This document shows, piece by piece, positions 12,835 through 24,686 of a stretch of 64,000 nt of DNA (positions within the stretch are counted from its first letter, which is position 1; each line of letters begins with the position of its first letter). Made by a program: the position numbers and the translations under genes. Under the pieces are notes generated by a model. It was not told the origin of the DNA. It ran no database searches and was given only the letters and a program-made list of their open reading frames with translations. Origin of the DNA: Novakomyces olei (lineage: Eukaryota). The stretch spans positions 620,001 through 684,000 of the forward strand of contig JADEYG010000001.1 of assembly GCA_016906335.1 (NCBI GenBank). The letters are read 5' to 3'.

Positions 12835-14267
12835 CATATGGTCTTGGATACCTCTTTGTTGTCTCCAAGCACTGCTTGAATTTTCCCTGTGCAAATAGTG
12901 TCTCGGCCTGGCACCGCAAGATTTCGAGACACTCCTCTCCCAGCGCGTACTTCGTCTCCAACTCATTTTGTAGGGAAATAAGAGAGACAGGATCACGCAT
13001 TTTATTGAGACGCGTTGAGTACATTAACCGCATAAAGTCTCCATCTTTTGGGGTGCCGACTGCAGCAAAATCTAGACTGTCCAGCAAGTCGCATTCTATA
13101 TATCAGTATTGAAACAGACAACAGCATTATATATAAAATGTAAAATAAACTGTTTCAAAACTTTGATATAGAATAGACTTGAGATCAAGTAAGGAGGTAT
13201 TTTACGAGCAACGCCCGAGAAATAGTCTGTAACTCCCTTATCAACTCACCTTCTTGCGGCGTGAGCATGTTGTCCGCCATAAGGCGGTCAAGCGCCTCGA
13301 AGCATTTCACATCGACATGCAATGCGTCCACAAAACTCTCTTTAGCATGCTCAAACTTGTTGAGATTTGAATACGCTACACCCCGCAAATATGATAATGT
13401 AGCCTCCAGTTCAATACCGCCATCCCCGTTTGCAGAAGAACCTGTTTTTTCACGTTGCCGCCGTCGCTGTTGAGGCGCGGAAGGCATTGATATTTCGCCA
13501 ATAAGGTCAATTACCTGCTTCCATTCCATCATTCCAATCTAAGGTTAGCATTATGATCGTAATTTATCATTGCAGGTTCTTATTATATTGTTTTTTCTTT
13601 GCTTTTTCTTTTCTTTTTCCATTGTTTTTATATTTATTTTGTCATTTTCTTCCAATTTTTTCAAGATTTCATTGATTTCCTCTTGTTCCTTTTTTATTAA
13701 TTCTTTTGCCAGACACATACCAGGCATCTTGCTAAGAGACAGCAGCATACACTACTGGTCTGTGCAAGTCCATCGCGCTCAAGTAAAGCTTTTGCCCTTG
13801 CATACATGCTCATAGAATAGTAGACCTGTGCTAGCCAAAAGGCATCGTTGCTGTCCTCTAAACGTAAGAAATTGTGCTCCTTTTCTTTTCTTCATTTTTT
13901 TTATATGATTTTCCTTCCGTAGTATTTTTGTTTTTTTTTTTAATACTCGTCTTTGCCACTACTTACCTGTAAGGGCGAGCACAGTTTCACCAACAAATGA
14001 CGCGGTTTCAAACTGGTGTTGCATTAGAGCATCATGTCGCCACAATCGCCACGCGTCAACAAGCGAGTACGGAGTCTTGAACGGCTTCCCACCTAGACTG
14101 CTCCGAAGTTCACGTGGTGAGGAGACAGGGTTCCCGTCGCGAGAGCCCCCACGCTCAGTCGCAGAGTACAGTGGGCTCGACGAGGGCATTGGGCTTATTG
14201 AAAGTAGCGAGTGCCCAGACAAGTCTGCGCCAGGCGATGCCGACAGAAAACTGAGGCGCCGATCCAT
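11758..14267 (-). CDS. CDC16: Anaphase-promoting complex TPR subunit Apc6/Cdc16/Cut9, multi-exon
   Basis: [97 protein letters not shown]. Confidence 0.93.
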
Positions 14268-15103
14268 CAGAGGCAACTTCAAAGTCTATGATAGAAAGCT
14301 TCTGCCACGCAGAGCCGCGCTGCTTCAAGTAGCCGTTTTGTCGGTACAATGCTTGACAAGACTTTAATGGTTTATTGTCGCCATAATATTACGATTATTG
14401 GCGTTCGATAAGGCCAGTTTCAACCATACAGAAAGATAACCCTAATATTGACATTAGCAGTATAATTATAAACCCTAACTGCTGTAGCTATGCAACGACT
14501 AAACCAGGGATTGTATATAATACACGACGGCTTTCCAGCGTAATGGCTAAATCTGATCTACAAATAGGAATTATTACGACCAGAGAATTGGAAGCCAATG
14601 ATTTGGAAATCGTCTCTACAACGAAACAAAACGAAACAAACGAAACGAGACGAGACGGACAGCTGTGCAGGATGATTACGTGCATTGGCAAATGTTTTTG
14701 CCTTGTTTGCTTTTGAGCTAAAATTCGATAATGATCAAATCGCAAAATAATTTAATTCTTTATAATCTCTGTCGTTCGGGAGGTCTACCAGAATTACTGC
14801 GCGTTCGCGCTACCCGTTACTTTGAAAAGGAGATGGCCATTACTGCTTTCTCTGACTTTGTAATTTTTGGGTACGAGTCTTTACGCGTTTGCAATTGATG
14901 TAGAAAGAAAGCACTGCAAAATGAATACCGTCTAAGCCGCAGCCACTACATGTGCGCTGAGCGCACTGTGTTGGAGAGGGTATATTTTTCAAGGAACAAT
15001 ACCTGCTCTCGGCCGCTTTGATTTTGATAGCATTAAATTTGTACTGCCAAAATCATTGTATTACGATTGCTGCTATAACGTGCTAAACAAGTACCTCACA
15101 AAT

Positions 15104-15680
15104 CTAAGAGCGAGTCTGTGTCTCGTTAAAGTTGTTGGCATTACCTCCAACTGCCTGTGAGCCAGGAGAGATGAGACTGGATTGGTTGATTTGCGTATCT
15201 AATCCTGAAGATTCCAGTACCGGACTTAAGTGACTGCTATCGTCTTTCGAGGGCAATTTCTCTGCTGAGGAGGCGTCATGGTACGTGCCCGGACGATACG
15301 TTCCAAGCCACGGTGTGCGAAGGACACCGTCAGAGACTGCAACGTCTTGAGTTCCAGAGACTTCCGTGTAGTCAAGTGCCTTGAGAGCGATATAAAGGCC
15401 AACGGCAAGGAGTGAGCCGATCAAAGGGCCCACCACAATAAATCCAGTGCTCGTGGGGGAAATGGTGTGCTACTACCGGTGGTCCGAGTGAGCGGGCTGG
15501 ATTAACTCCGCACCCAGTCCGTAGGACACAGATCATATGGATTAGAATGAGAGTAATGCCGATCGGAATAGGAGCCACAAAAGTGGCTTTTTGCTTTTCT
15601 GCTGCTGTCATGCGTACACAAAAGCAGAGAGCGAAAGTGCCAAATGCTTTCAATGAAGAGACCTTGGTGAATTTTAATCT
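15104..15680 (-). pseudogene. 5'-truncated, frameshifted aquaporin (MIP family) remnant
   Basis: Second-half MIP motifs QGLFIE/AFGT, EKQKATFVAPIPIG, TGCGVNPARSLGP, HWIY/VGPLIG. There are +1 frameshifts near 15650 (GAAAGCA) and 15436 (TATTGTGGTG), and no first NPA half is visible upstream. Confidence 0.8.
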
Positions 15681-15899
15681 ACACTTTAATTATTGGAAGA
15701 CCAATTGCTAAAACGAAAATGAAAGTAAAATATGTGAACCAAGCATCGATTCGTTAAATAAGTAGCAAAAATCAGCGATAGCGAACTGACCACAGTTTTT
15801 CTGATAGGCCAGACTACTCGCAGCAATATCATGTCACCCGACTAACCCTAACCCTGCATGTAATATTTAAATTTTAAATTTTTCTATTTTAATATATTT

Positions 15900-16913
15900 A
15901 TTTTTGGCCATAATAATATCGACAGGGTTTTCTACGACTTAACATAATGTAATTACTATATGTTGATCGGCCAACATCGCGGCGAAAAAGGGATAGAAAC
16001 AATAGCTAGGTCACGTGGGATAAATGTCACATGCAAATCTATTTTTTGAGCGATATGGAATATCAGCATCATAGAACATTGAGGCTATTGCTATTATGAG
16101 GCCTTCTTGGATAGCAGTGAAAAGGAGCTCAAGTCCCGATTTGGAGAACGATGAGGACAAATCACTGTTTCCACCAGACTATCAATCGCACGGCTTTGAG
16201 GAAGGTACGAGTGCATTTATTGATGCTTACTAACACTCAAAGGTTGCATAGTGGCAGAGCCAGAAACCAGGGACCACGAACGCACACGGCCGCGTAAGCA
16301 TCTGTCCTTAATTCTTCAGACTATTACTAACTTCTCAGGAGGCTTAGGTCTCAAGGTCATACTCCCGATACTTGTTACCTCTTTTGTTTTGCTTTTGTCG
16401 GACGTAGTTCTGGGAGCAATATACCGGGAAAACGTAGCGTTGATATCCGTTCGGTGCTGTATAGCGATATTCTTTTCGGCAATTTTATGTCTAGTGCTTC
16501 GTGAGCTAATACCCCAATCGAGGATCCTCCAAGCGGTTGGGGCTTCTATGTTTGGAGGGCTGTCGGTGGGGGCGATCGCGTCGTACGTGGGACGCAGCCA
16601 GTATTTGGATTTGGGGGGATCATTCTCGTGCGCTTCAATTTATTTAAATATGCTATATCTTTCGGCGACAGGAAAGCATACGATGGCTTCGTCGGTTAAC
16701 AACCTTCTTATTGCTATTGCGTACAATCGGCTTCTTGACAGTCTAATTTACGTTGTAATTGCTCTAAAGGCCGATTGTGGATACCGACTTGCACGAGAAG
16801 CAGAAATTGATGCGCGTATTAGCCAGGGTCTATGGATAAGCAATGCTATTGAGACTATAAGCTCTCCCTCGGGCGCGGGAGAGTCTCAAGAGTTGCCAGA
16901 AATAAGATCAGGA
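15900..16913 (+). repeat. Dispersed duplication, copy B (homologous to 10508-11565)
   Basis: Direct sequence identity with copy A across promoter, exon 1, intron and most of exon 2. Confidence 0.97.
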
Positions 16914-16997
16914 TTTTCGATCGGAGGCGAAGGTCAGAACTTATCTGAAATACCAAGTCCACGTCGCTCTCCAAGACTTGCCGCTCAATCAAGTTGA
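16096..16997 (+). CDS. Orphan multi-pass membrane protein, copy B; exon 1 16096-16204, intron 16205-16242, exon 2 16243-16997
   Basis: Exon 1 and intron identical to copy A; diverged TM patches; longer C-terminus ending RRSPRLAAQSS. Confidence 0.8.
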
Positions 16998-17444
16998 TAG
17001 AATTTAGAATTTTTAGCATTAGTTGAATTTTGGAGTTTTTAACTAGCAGTAAATATTTTGTGCTTGCTCTTTGACCATTTCTCAGTTTCATGTAAAGTCG
17101 CGGGTTGGGTCGGATAGGTTGCAGTGAGGAAGAAGGCAAAGCAGAGAGAGGGATAAAATAAAATAAAGGGGAAAAGAAGGGGAAGAAAAAAGAGAATGGA
17201 AATGTATGTAGAAAGCAAGAAGGAAAAGTGAAAGGAAGGCAAAAAGTAAAAGGAAAGCAAAACGATGAAAAGGGGGCAAAAGGATACAGGCTGAAAGACG
17301 CGTATAGAGCGCAAATGTAATGCAAAGCATACACGAATATGAATAGATTCAAAGTGCACAGTATGAGCGGACTGGAATAAACGAGTTAATTAATTCAGAA
17401 TACACAATTCAGAATATGTTTATGGTTCTAATTATTATAATTGT

Positions 17445-17609
17445 ATTGTATTTATTGTATTTATTGTATTTATTGTATTTATTGTATTTATTGTATTTAT
17501 TGTATTTATTGTATTTATTGTATTTATTGTATTTATTGTATTTATTGTATTTATTGTATTTATTATATTTATTGTATTTATTGTATTTATTGTATTTATT
17601 GTATTTATT
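17445..17609. repeat. Second (TATTGTATT)n array, about 18 copies, one variant unit
   Basis: Same unit and orientation as 10181-10505. Confidence 0.95.
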
Positions 17610-17655
17610 TTGTCATTCTAATCAGCCTCCATTCTTCCTTTCTTTGACACTGCAG

Positions 17656-18541
17656 TCTGGATCCATCGTATATCTACGATCCACCACCACCACCACCATC
17701 GGCAGATGCGCAGAATAATCCGTCTAAATTAGTAGGCCGGCCGGCCTTTCAGTCACGCTCCAGAGGTCGTGGTCGAGGCCGTGGCTGGAAGGCTTCAGGT
17801 GGGAAACGATCTTCACAAAGTATAGATCAAGTACTACAACCAGGCACGCAGTATGGACACTCTTGCTAATCAGGAATAATTTGTTTAATTTAAATTTTTG
17901 CTTTCACAATTTTATTGTTATTTTTATTTATTTTTTAATTTTTAATTTTTAATTTTTAATTTTTAATTTTTAATTTTTCTTTATTTATCTTTTTTACTAA
18001 TCCAAGAACCAACTTGACTGGGACGAATATAAACCTACAGACAGACCAAGATATTGCGCAATGGATAGCAGAGCGGAAGAAACGGTGGCCGACTCGAGAA
18101 AATTTGGAGCGAAGGGCCGCTGAGCAGGCAAAAAATATTGAGAGAAATGATGCAACTAAAGAGCCGTCTGTACAAAATAGCCAAGAAAATATTGGCCAAG
18201 CTCAATCGCGCGAAATAGTGTCGCAAACAGAAAACCCTGAGACCATTGAATTTCTAGAGGCTCCAGAGGAAACAAGTATCACTGCTCCAACTATTACACC
18301 ACTCAATCAGCCAGCCAAAAGCATTTGCAAGTACTTTCGGCGTGGAAAATGTAACAAAGGCAGTAATTGCCGTTATGCACATGTCAGTGAAGGGAAACGG
18401 AGGTCAGAACGAGCAGATCGGTCCGGGTTCAGGAGACAGCGGCGATCTTTGTATGGGACAATGGTGGAGACGGACATGGAAAGGCAGAATATCATATTGT
18501 TGCAAGTCATTAACGCTCTACGGGACAAGGGGGTTTTATAA
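17656..18541 (+). CDS. Rsa1/NUFIP1-domain protein with CCCH zinc finger (snoRNP assembly factor-like); exons approx. 17656-17850 and 18007-18541; start codon not resolved
   Basis: LQTDQDIAQWIAERKKRWPT (NUFIP1 motif) and CKYFRRGKCNKGSNCRYAH. An upstream Pro-rich/RGRGRG exon splices in frame via GTATGG...CTAATCCAAG. Confidence 0.75.
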
Positions 18542-18758
18542 AGCTTGCACGGGTTATAAATAAAGTCAAATTGGAACAAAAGCAGAGTCTGCAGTACGCT
18601 CTTTGCGCGACGGCTATTTGTCGAGTGCTCGGGCTCTCGTACTGGCAGGTGCATGTCATTAAAATCTAAAAAGAATCACAAAAGAGATAAACGCCAATAC
18701 TCTGATTATGTAAACCCTCTATGAAAATAGTGCTCTGTCAACCCGGTCGGATGCAGTC

Positions 18759-20225
18759 TCACTTCCCATCCACTTTTGCCCGTTTTTGAGCCTTCCAATT
18801 CTTTGCACGTTCTTTACTTTTCCGCTTCCTTGCGTTAGGCAGCTGAGCAGCCGGAGCTGCACGCTGACCTTCAATAGGTACTGCTGTAGACGGCATTTTT
18901 CCCGCCTTTTCCTTTGTAGCCTTGGCAGTACCTGCTTTGGCAGCACCTGCTTTGCCCATAAGTCGGCGTTCTCGGCCCTTAATCCTCGGCCCCTTGGACT
19001 GAGCTTTGCCCTTAGCTTTTGCCAACTTTTTTGTGCTTTTTGCTGGAGAAACACGCAGCTTTCTCGCCCGTTCTGCCGGCACTCCAGAGACTTGTTTCCC
19101 GTCCAGCAAAAGCGCCGCTTCCACATCGGCCGCGTCATAATACTGAATGTAAGCGAAGCCCTTGCCGATATTTGTCGCAGCATCACGGACGATACGAACG
19201 TATTCGATTCTGCCAGCAGAGCCGAAATGCCGCCAGAGCTCTTCCTCCTCTGAATCAAACGAAAGATTGCCCACAAAAACGCATCGCCGAACCTCTTGCT
19301 TGGCAGGATGCGCAACAGAATCAACACGTAAATGCCTGTCCATAAACTTTTGTCCATTTAGCTCGAGAGCGCGATTGACTCCGGATCTTTCTGCGAATAC
19401 GATATACGCATTAACAGTTGAACGGCCTTCATGAAACTTTTTCTCCATAAAAGCAGCTTTGCGAGGAAGCATCTCGGAGAAGGCGATACTGCGAAAACGG
19501 ATAGACTCGATGCGCCCGCTTTTGGCGGAGAAAAAAGATTTAAATTGAACGTATTCTGATTTCACTGTAATTACACTCACAGGCACGTTCCCCACAAACA
19601 CAGTTCTCTGTGCTTTTTCCACTTCCTCGTCCTGTTTCCGTGCTCGTTCGCTATAAGTTTCTTGGTTTGAATGACTCCGCTTCCGTTTAGCACTCTTCCC
19701 GTCTGGACTTGAACCGTATACTTTAGCCTCCGATTTTTCAGGGCTTTCACTTTCGCGTTCAGACGTCTCGCTCTCAGAGTCTGAGGACTGCTCAACTGCT
19801 TTGCTCGATTTTTTAGGCTTCGCTGACGAGTCTGTTACATTGTCACTGCTCGCCTTCTCATTCAAGGCGGAATCTGATTGCACCGTTGTCGTCTGCCGTT
19901 TTGCTACCTTGCATGAATTAGACTATTAAATTATTGCTTCTAGTTTTGTTTAATTTTTCTTTTTTGTTTATTTCTTTTTATTTCTTTTTTATTTCTTTTT
20001 TATTTCTTTTTTTTTCTCCTTTTTTCCATTTGATTTTCATTTTTATTTGTATTTTTGTATCTTGTCTCGCTTCTTTTTATCGTTCTTTTCGCTCAGTTGT
20101 TTTGTAGTTTCTCTTACCTCATTCTGGCTACCAAAAAGCGCGCCCAGGTGCGAAAGTACATGGCCCGCGCCAGTAGCAGATACGATCGCCGCCGCGAGCG
20201 AACCTCGTGGCTCTTCTGACGGCAT
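18759..20225 (-). CDS. NOP12: Nucleolar protein 12 (two RRMs); exons 20225-20118 and 19907-18759
   Basis: RTVFVGNVP, IESIRFRSIAF, STVNAYIVF, RHLRVDSVAHP, RCVFVGNLSFD, VRIVRD..TNIGKGFAYIQY, basic C-terminus with IEGQRA. Confidence 0.92.
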
Positions 20226-20329
20226 CAATTTCAGCCGGGAATCTATGCTTTGACAAGATTGCTGAATTTGCGAGTCGTTGACGAGTGGGATTTAATTTTT
20301 ATTTATTCTGTGCTCTACTAGAATATTAT

Positions 20330-20430
20330 ATTTCAAAAATTATTGCAGTAGAAAACGATATATTATTTCAGAATATACGATATATTATTTCAGAAGTGAT
20401 ATATTATTGCAGTATAGAACGATATATTAT
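20330..20430. repeat. Degenerate tandem repeat with core GATATATTATTTCAGA (about 4-5 units)
   Basis: Seen directly upstream of NOP12. Confidence 0.6.
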
Positions 20431-20621
20431 CACTGCAGCATCTTTTTCATAGTCGGCAGCAGCAGCGGTAATTTGAGGAATAATTAATCAAACCGTATTC
20501 ATCACGATGATTATCGATCGCAAAATCGCCATACACACCCGTCCTCGCGATGGGCTTAGTATACACAAACATCATTCACGGAAAAACATTAATCATAAAT
20601 ATCTATAAATGTTTATAAATT

Positions 20622-20713
20622 TTGCAATATTTAGTTTACATTATCAGGTTTAGTTCAATGATTGGGTCAATAAATTTATTTATAACAATATTAAATTTAA
20701 GATCATTTGGTTT
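20622..20713 (+). pseudogene. Probable NUMT: decayed mitochondrial cox1 fragment
   Basis: AT-rich island reading AIFSLH(L)SG(F)SSMIGSINLFITILNLRSFG once two 1-nt indels are allowed; resembles the Cox1 helix IV region ([27 protein letters not shown]). Confidence 0.7.
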
Positions 20714-21553
20714 GCCGATTTGCACACGACTACCAAGTAACGTTACCGGCAGCGACATTGTGCGCTCGCATTTACTCGCGCAGGGCCCATGTAATCTTAA
20801 CCGCAGAATGTGAGTGTGCTACTTCCGCGCATCGCCAAGTAAGCTAGAGCGCAGTCTGAGAGGTAAAAGACCGGACCGGAAATATATATAATTGTCAAGT
20901 CACTCGTCACTGTTGGCCTTTTGCAACGAAACAGAGCAATCGCGGCCACAGCAATCGAGGCGAATTTCGTACAGTGAGAGCCAAGTCATTTTTGTAGGGT
21001 TTCTGGCAGTTTAGGGTTTTTTGATTTCTTGTGCTGTTGTTGGCAGCAGCAGTGTGTAATTTGCCTCGCAAACAGCACTCGGCGCCGCGACAAGTGGCAG
21101 ACAGTACGCGGCAGAGTCTCGTACAGATCCTTCTGCAAACTTGGAGCTAATAATTGCCACTTTTCCTCAGCTGATCGCGTCAAAAGTATATGGAAAGTGA
21201 CTGCCTCCGCCGAGTCTACCACAAAGTCGCCGCGCTCTAAAGGAATCGGCTTGTGAGATTGACGTGTTGCAGAGCCGTCCCGTCTTGTCCAGTCTTGTCT
21301 TGATTACCATTTCTGCCATTTGGGTGGTACGTCATTTTTACGTGTTTGTCTGGCTCTTCTCGGTGGCCTGTCTACCGTCTGCGTAGCCTGTTTGCCTTTT
21401 GATTATTTTGGCTTTCGTTTCTTTTCTTGCAACCTATCCCGTCCCCAGTCGCGTACTCGTTTCCAGTTTATTTTTATTTTTATTCTTAATTGGTCCACGA
21501 CACTTGGATTTTGCGGCCAAATTGGGGGAGAAGTATAGAGCTACGTGTCTGCA

Positions 21554-23603
21554 ATGGCTTCGGGTTCGTCGCGAAGGCGACGGAATATGGCGGCGGCCAA
21601 CGCTTTGAGAAACGGCAGAGCCCCTCAGCAGGAGGACTCTCGTTTTACCGCTCAGAGTTTTGCAGCGAAGCACAATGGCTACAGCTCCACGGCCGGCAGC
21701 GGGGTTGATAGCGTCGGGGAAAGTGGAACTGAATCTGTTGATCGGAACCTGGACAGCGATGGCTTGTCCACTCTTTCAGACGTGGACGATTCCGAGGCAG
21801 AAACAGAGAGATTGGCTCGATCACAGGACGCAAATTTCAATGCAGAGAGCAATTCATTGCCGTCTTCTCCTGTAGCAGCAGTCGCACCTGGAAGAAAACG
21901 TAAATTGAGCTCCTCGAGTACCGGAGAGGCAAGTGCTTCTAAACTACATCGACCCTTGAGAAACGGGGTTGCCGGCCGACGTTCAGTCACGGCAGATATG
22001 GGACAGGTAAAGCAGGAGGCTTCGTACCTTGAAGAGGATCAGAATATCCAGGAGGATACGGAGAATATGAGGGAAAAGGAGCAGTCAGCCCTTGGCGTGG
22101 CCTTGCAGTTTGCTGAGCAAGACCGGCTTCAGGGTCAAAGCCTAAGCACACGAAATGATGGCGATGAGCAATTTGAAGCGGGCGAGAATGAGCAAGGAGG
22201 ACGAGATAAAGGTGGGAAACAACACGATGAGAATGAGCCTGACGAGGAATTGAAGAGCAAGGATCAAAGTGGAAACGAAAACGGAGACGAGTCCAATGAG
22301 GGTCCGCCGACTAACGATCAAGAAGCGTCGGAACAAGTTTCTGAAGGAGATTTGGCTGAAAAGGAAGAAGCCGAAGCCAATGGAGAAGAATCCGAGTCGG
22401 CGGCATCTGGAGAAGGAGGAAAAAAGGAAGAAGAGGAAGAGGCTGAAGCTGACGATGCTGAGGCTGAAGCTGAAGAAGCTGACGAAGCTGAAGCTGAAGA
22501 AGCTGTTGAAGAAGCTGCAGAGGACGAGGCTGAAGACGAAGCAGAGGAAGAAGAGGAATTGGCTGCTGAACAAAGCGATGAGGGAGAAGGCAATGTACAT
22601 GAAAGTAAGTCTCTAGATTAGCTTATATTTCGTCGACACTGACTGTAAAGATGACGAGGAGAAAGTTTTGCGCAAAGAAGCGATGGAGTCAATTACAGAA
22701 ATTGAGATTGGGTTTGCTCGTCTCCGCGATAAACTGTTTAGCGAAAAGTCGGAAGAATTGGAACGCGAATCGCAAATGATACAAAAAGGCACACATCCTG
22801 AATTGCGCAGTTTGATGGAAAAAATTACAGAACAAAAACAGAAGCGTGTCGAGTTTGCTGAGCGAATGCGTCGATTACGTGAGCAGGAAGTACGCGAGCG
22901 GCATTTTGCGGTTCGCTACCAGCTTCATTATCAGTTACTGGTAAGGTTTTCCTATAGTCTTTTTATACAGAGATGGCTAGTGTAAAGGTCAGAGTTTATC
23001 AGATGTTGGTCCGATCGCTCAGTCTTTCTCCTGTTCCGTGTCCAGTTCATATACTAATCCCAGTTTGACAAGCGCCAGCTGCGTAAAGAGCTCCTTGAGC
23101 GTGTAAGCCGCCGGTGGTTCCAGCTGCACCGTGAACGGCGCAAGCTCGATATGACGGTCCCCGAGTTTGGGTACACTGTGCCCCTCAGGCGCTCTGTGCA
23201 ATTACGAGACCGCCGGCGGGTTGAGTATGAGGTTGCATTGCTATCTGGAATAAAAGCCTTTATTGGTTTTCCAGCAGCACCGGATATCCCACAGGCAACA
23301 GAGGACGAAATGCAGAATGATTTGGCGGCAATGGGCATTCTGAACGCTAAACAACGTAAATCCAAACCTGCTCAAGAAGAAGATTTAGGGCAGCAGCAAC
23401 TGGAGCCTGAGAAACAGCAGTATATGCAATCAGTCCCAGACCAATTAATGGCAGCAAGCTCGTTTCCGACGGGCAACAATAACCCAACTGCGCCCTTCCC
23501 AAAACTGTCAAAGCTCAGTGTTTACGGCGACTATGGCCATCAAGCAATGCAGCCCAGGCAGGTTGAAGTTATGGGCGGTGATTTGTCGGGCGGGTTTGCA
23601 TAG
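21554..23603 (+). CDS. Sds3-like family Rpd3L/Sin3 HDAC complex subunit (Dep1-like); introns approx. 22605-22650 and 22941-23063
   Basis: SSLSD-like DSEAETERL motif, long acidic tract, RKEAMESITEIEIGFARLRDKLF..GTHPEL, WFQLHRERR. Confidence 0.8.
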
Positions 23604-23811
23604 ATTGTCTTTTTAAGGTTTTGGATTAGGGATGCGTAAGGGCATAATTGATTTATTGTTTAAATGATACGGCCAGAGTGAGTGCTGTATACCCGTCCGA
23701 TCATTCTGCTCGTGATGTCTGTAGGCTACAGTGATATTATTTTTGATGTTTTACCCTCTATTTACTGCTATAATTATTGATATAATTCTTTATTTTTGAT
23801 ATAACCCTATA

Positions 23812-23956
23812 TTAATTCCCTATTTATTGCTATAATTCCCTAATTATTGCTATAATTCCCTAATTATTGCTATAATTCCCTATTTATTGCTATAATTCCC
23901 TAATTATTGCTATAATTCCCTAATTATTGCTATAATTCCCTATATATTGCTATAAT
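23812..23956. repeat. 20-bp minisatellite (TAWTTATTGCTATAATTCCC)n, about 7 copies, followed by a poly-T tract
   Basis: Seen directly. Confidence 0.9.
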
Positions 23957-24313
23957 ACTTTTTTTTTTTTTTTTTTTCAATATTTTTTTCTTATAATATA
24001 ATTATTATAATATAATATTTATAATAATACGACAAAGCATGAAAATTACAGTACGACCGTATGTGCAACAGCCATATTTCCATAAATAATTAAAGTGTTG
24101 GAGAATAAAGCAGATTAAACATTGACTGGATTTTCAATAAAAAGGCAGAGAAAGGCAGTTGACTGTCCATTAAAAGACAGTGCACACTATATCAAGTGAG
24201 TGTGATCGTCACTTGTAAAGCAGAGTAGTTTCGTGTACTTTATACTTTGCGTCTGCACTAAAGACTATAATAGCCACAGATTTCGTGGCACCAAGTGCCA
24301 CGGTCTTTTTGGT

Positions 24314-24686
24314 ATGGCGGACAAGGACAAAGGTGAAGCACAAACTCAGCAGCGCAATGAAATCGTCCAGCGTCTCGGCGGGCCTCGGCGCGCTATGCCG
24401 TACGATCGAGTGCCGAATGCTCCGTGGAAGTATAATCTACGGACGCGGCCAACTCAGTTCTCGAGACGCGTGGGAGGATCTGCTCGTCTGGCAGTAGCAG
24501 GTAAGTTTACGTCTACTAAATAATCGTGTTTTTGCGCAACACTAACGTCTAGTCACTACAGCCTATATGGTACTGTTTATGGACACGGGTGGTGGGCCGT
24601 CGGTGTTTGATCCTATTCGCGGATTCGTATTTGGCCAAGTGGATCAATTGAAGGAGTCAATCATTGAAAAGGGACGGCAGCAGTAG
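24314..24686 (+). CDS. Small single-TM hypothetical protein (about 106 aa); intron 24501-24552
   Basis: MADKDKG...ARLAVA|VTTAYMVLFMDTGGGPSVFDPIRGFVFG; a canonical GTAAGT...CTAAC..TAG intron joins the frames. Confidence 0.7.

Noticed and set aside
16855-17359. Phe/Leu-rich minus-strand ORFs downstream of copy B
   Set aside because: They derive from a low-complexity purine-rich tract
10181-17609. The block as an autonomous transposon
   Set aside because: No transposase, reverse transcriptase, TIRs or target-site duplication seen, and it contains a core housekeeping gene
23812-23956. CRISPR-like array
   Set aside because: Eukaryotic context and head-to-tail repeats with no unique spacers
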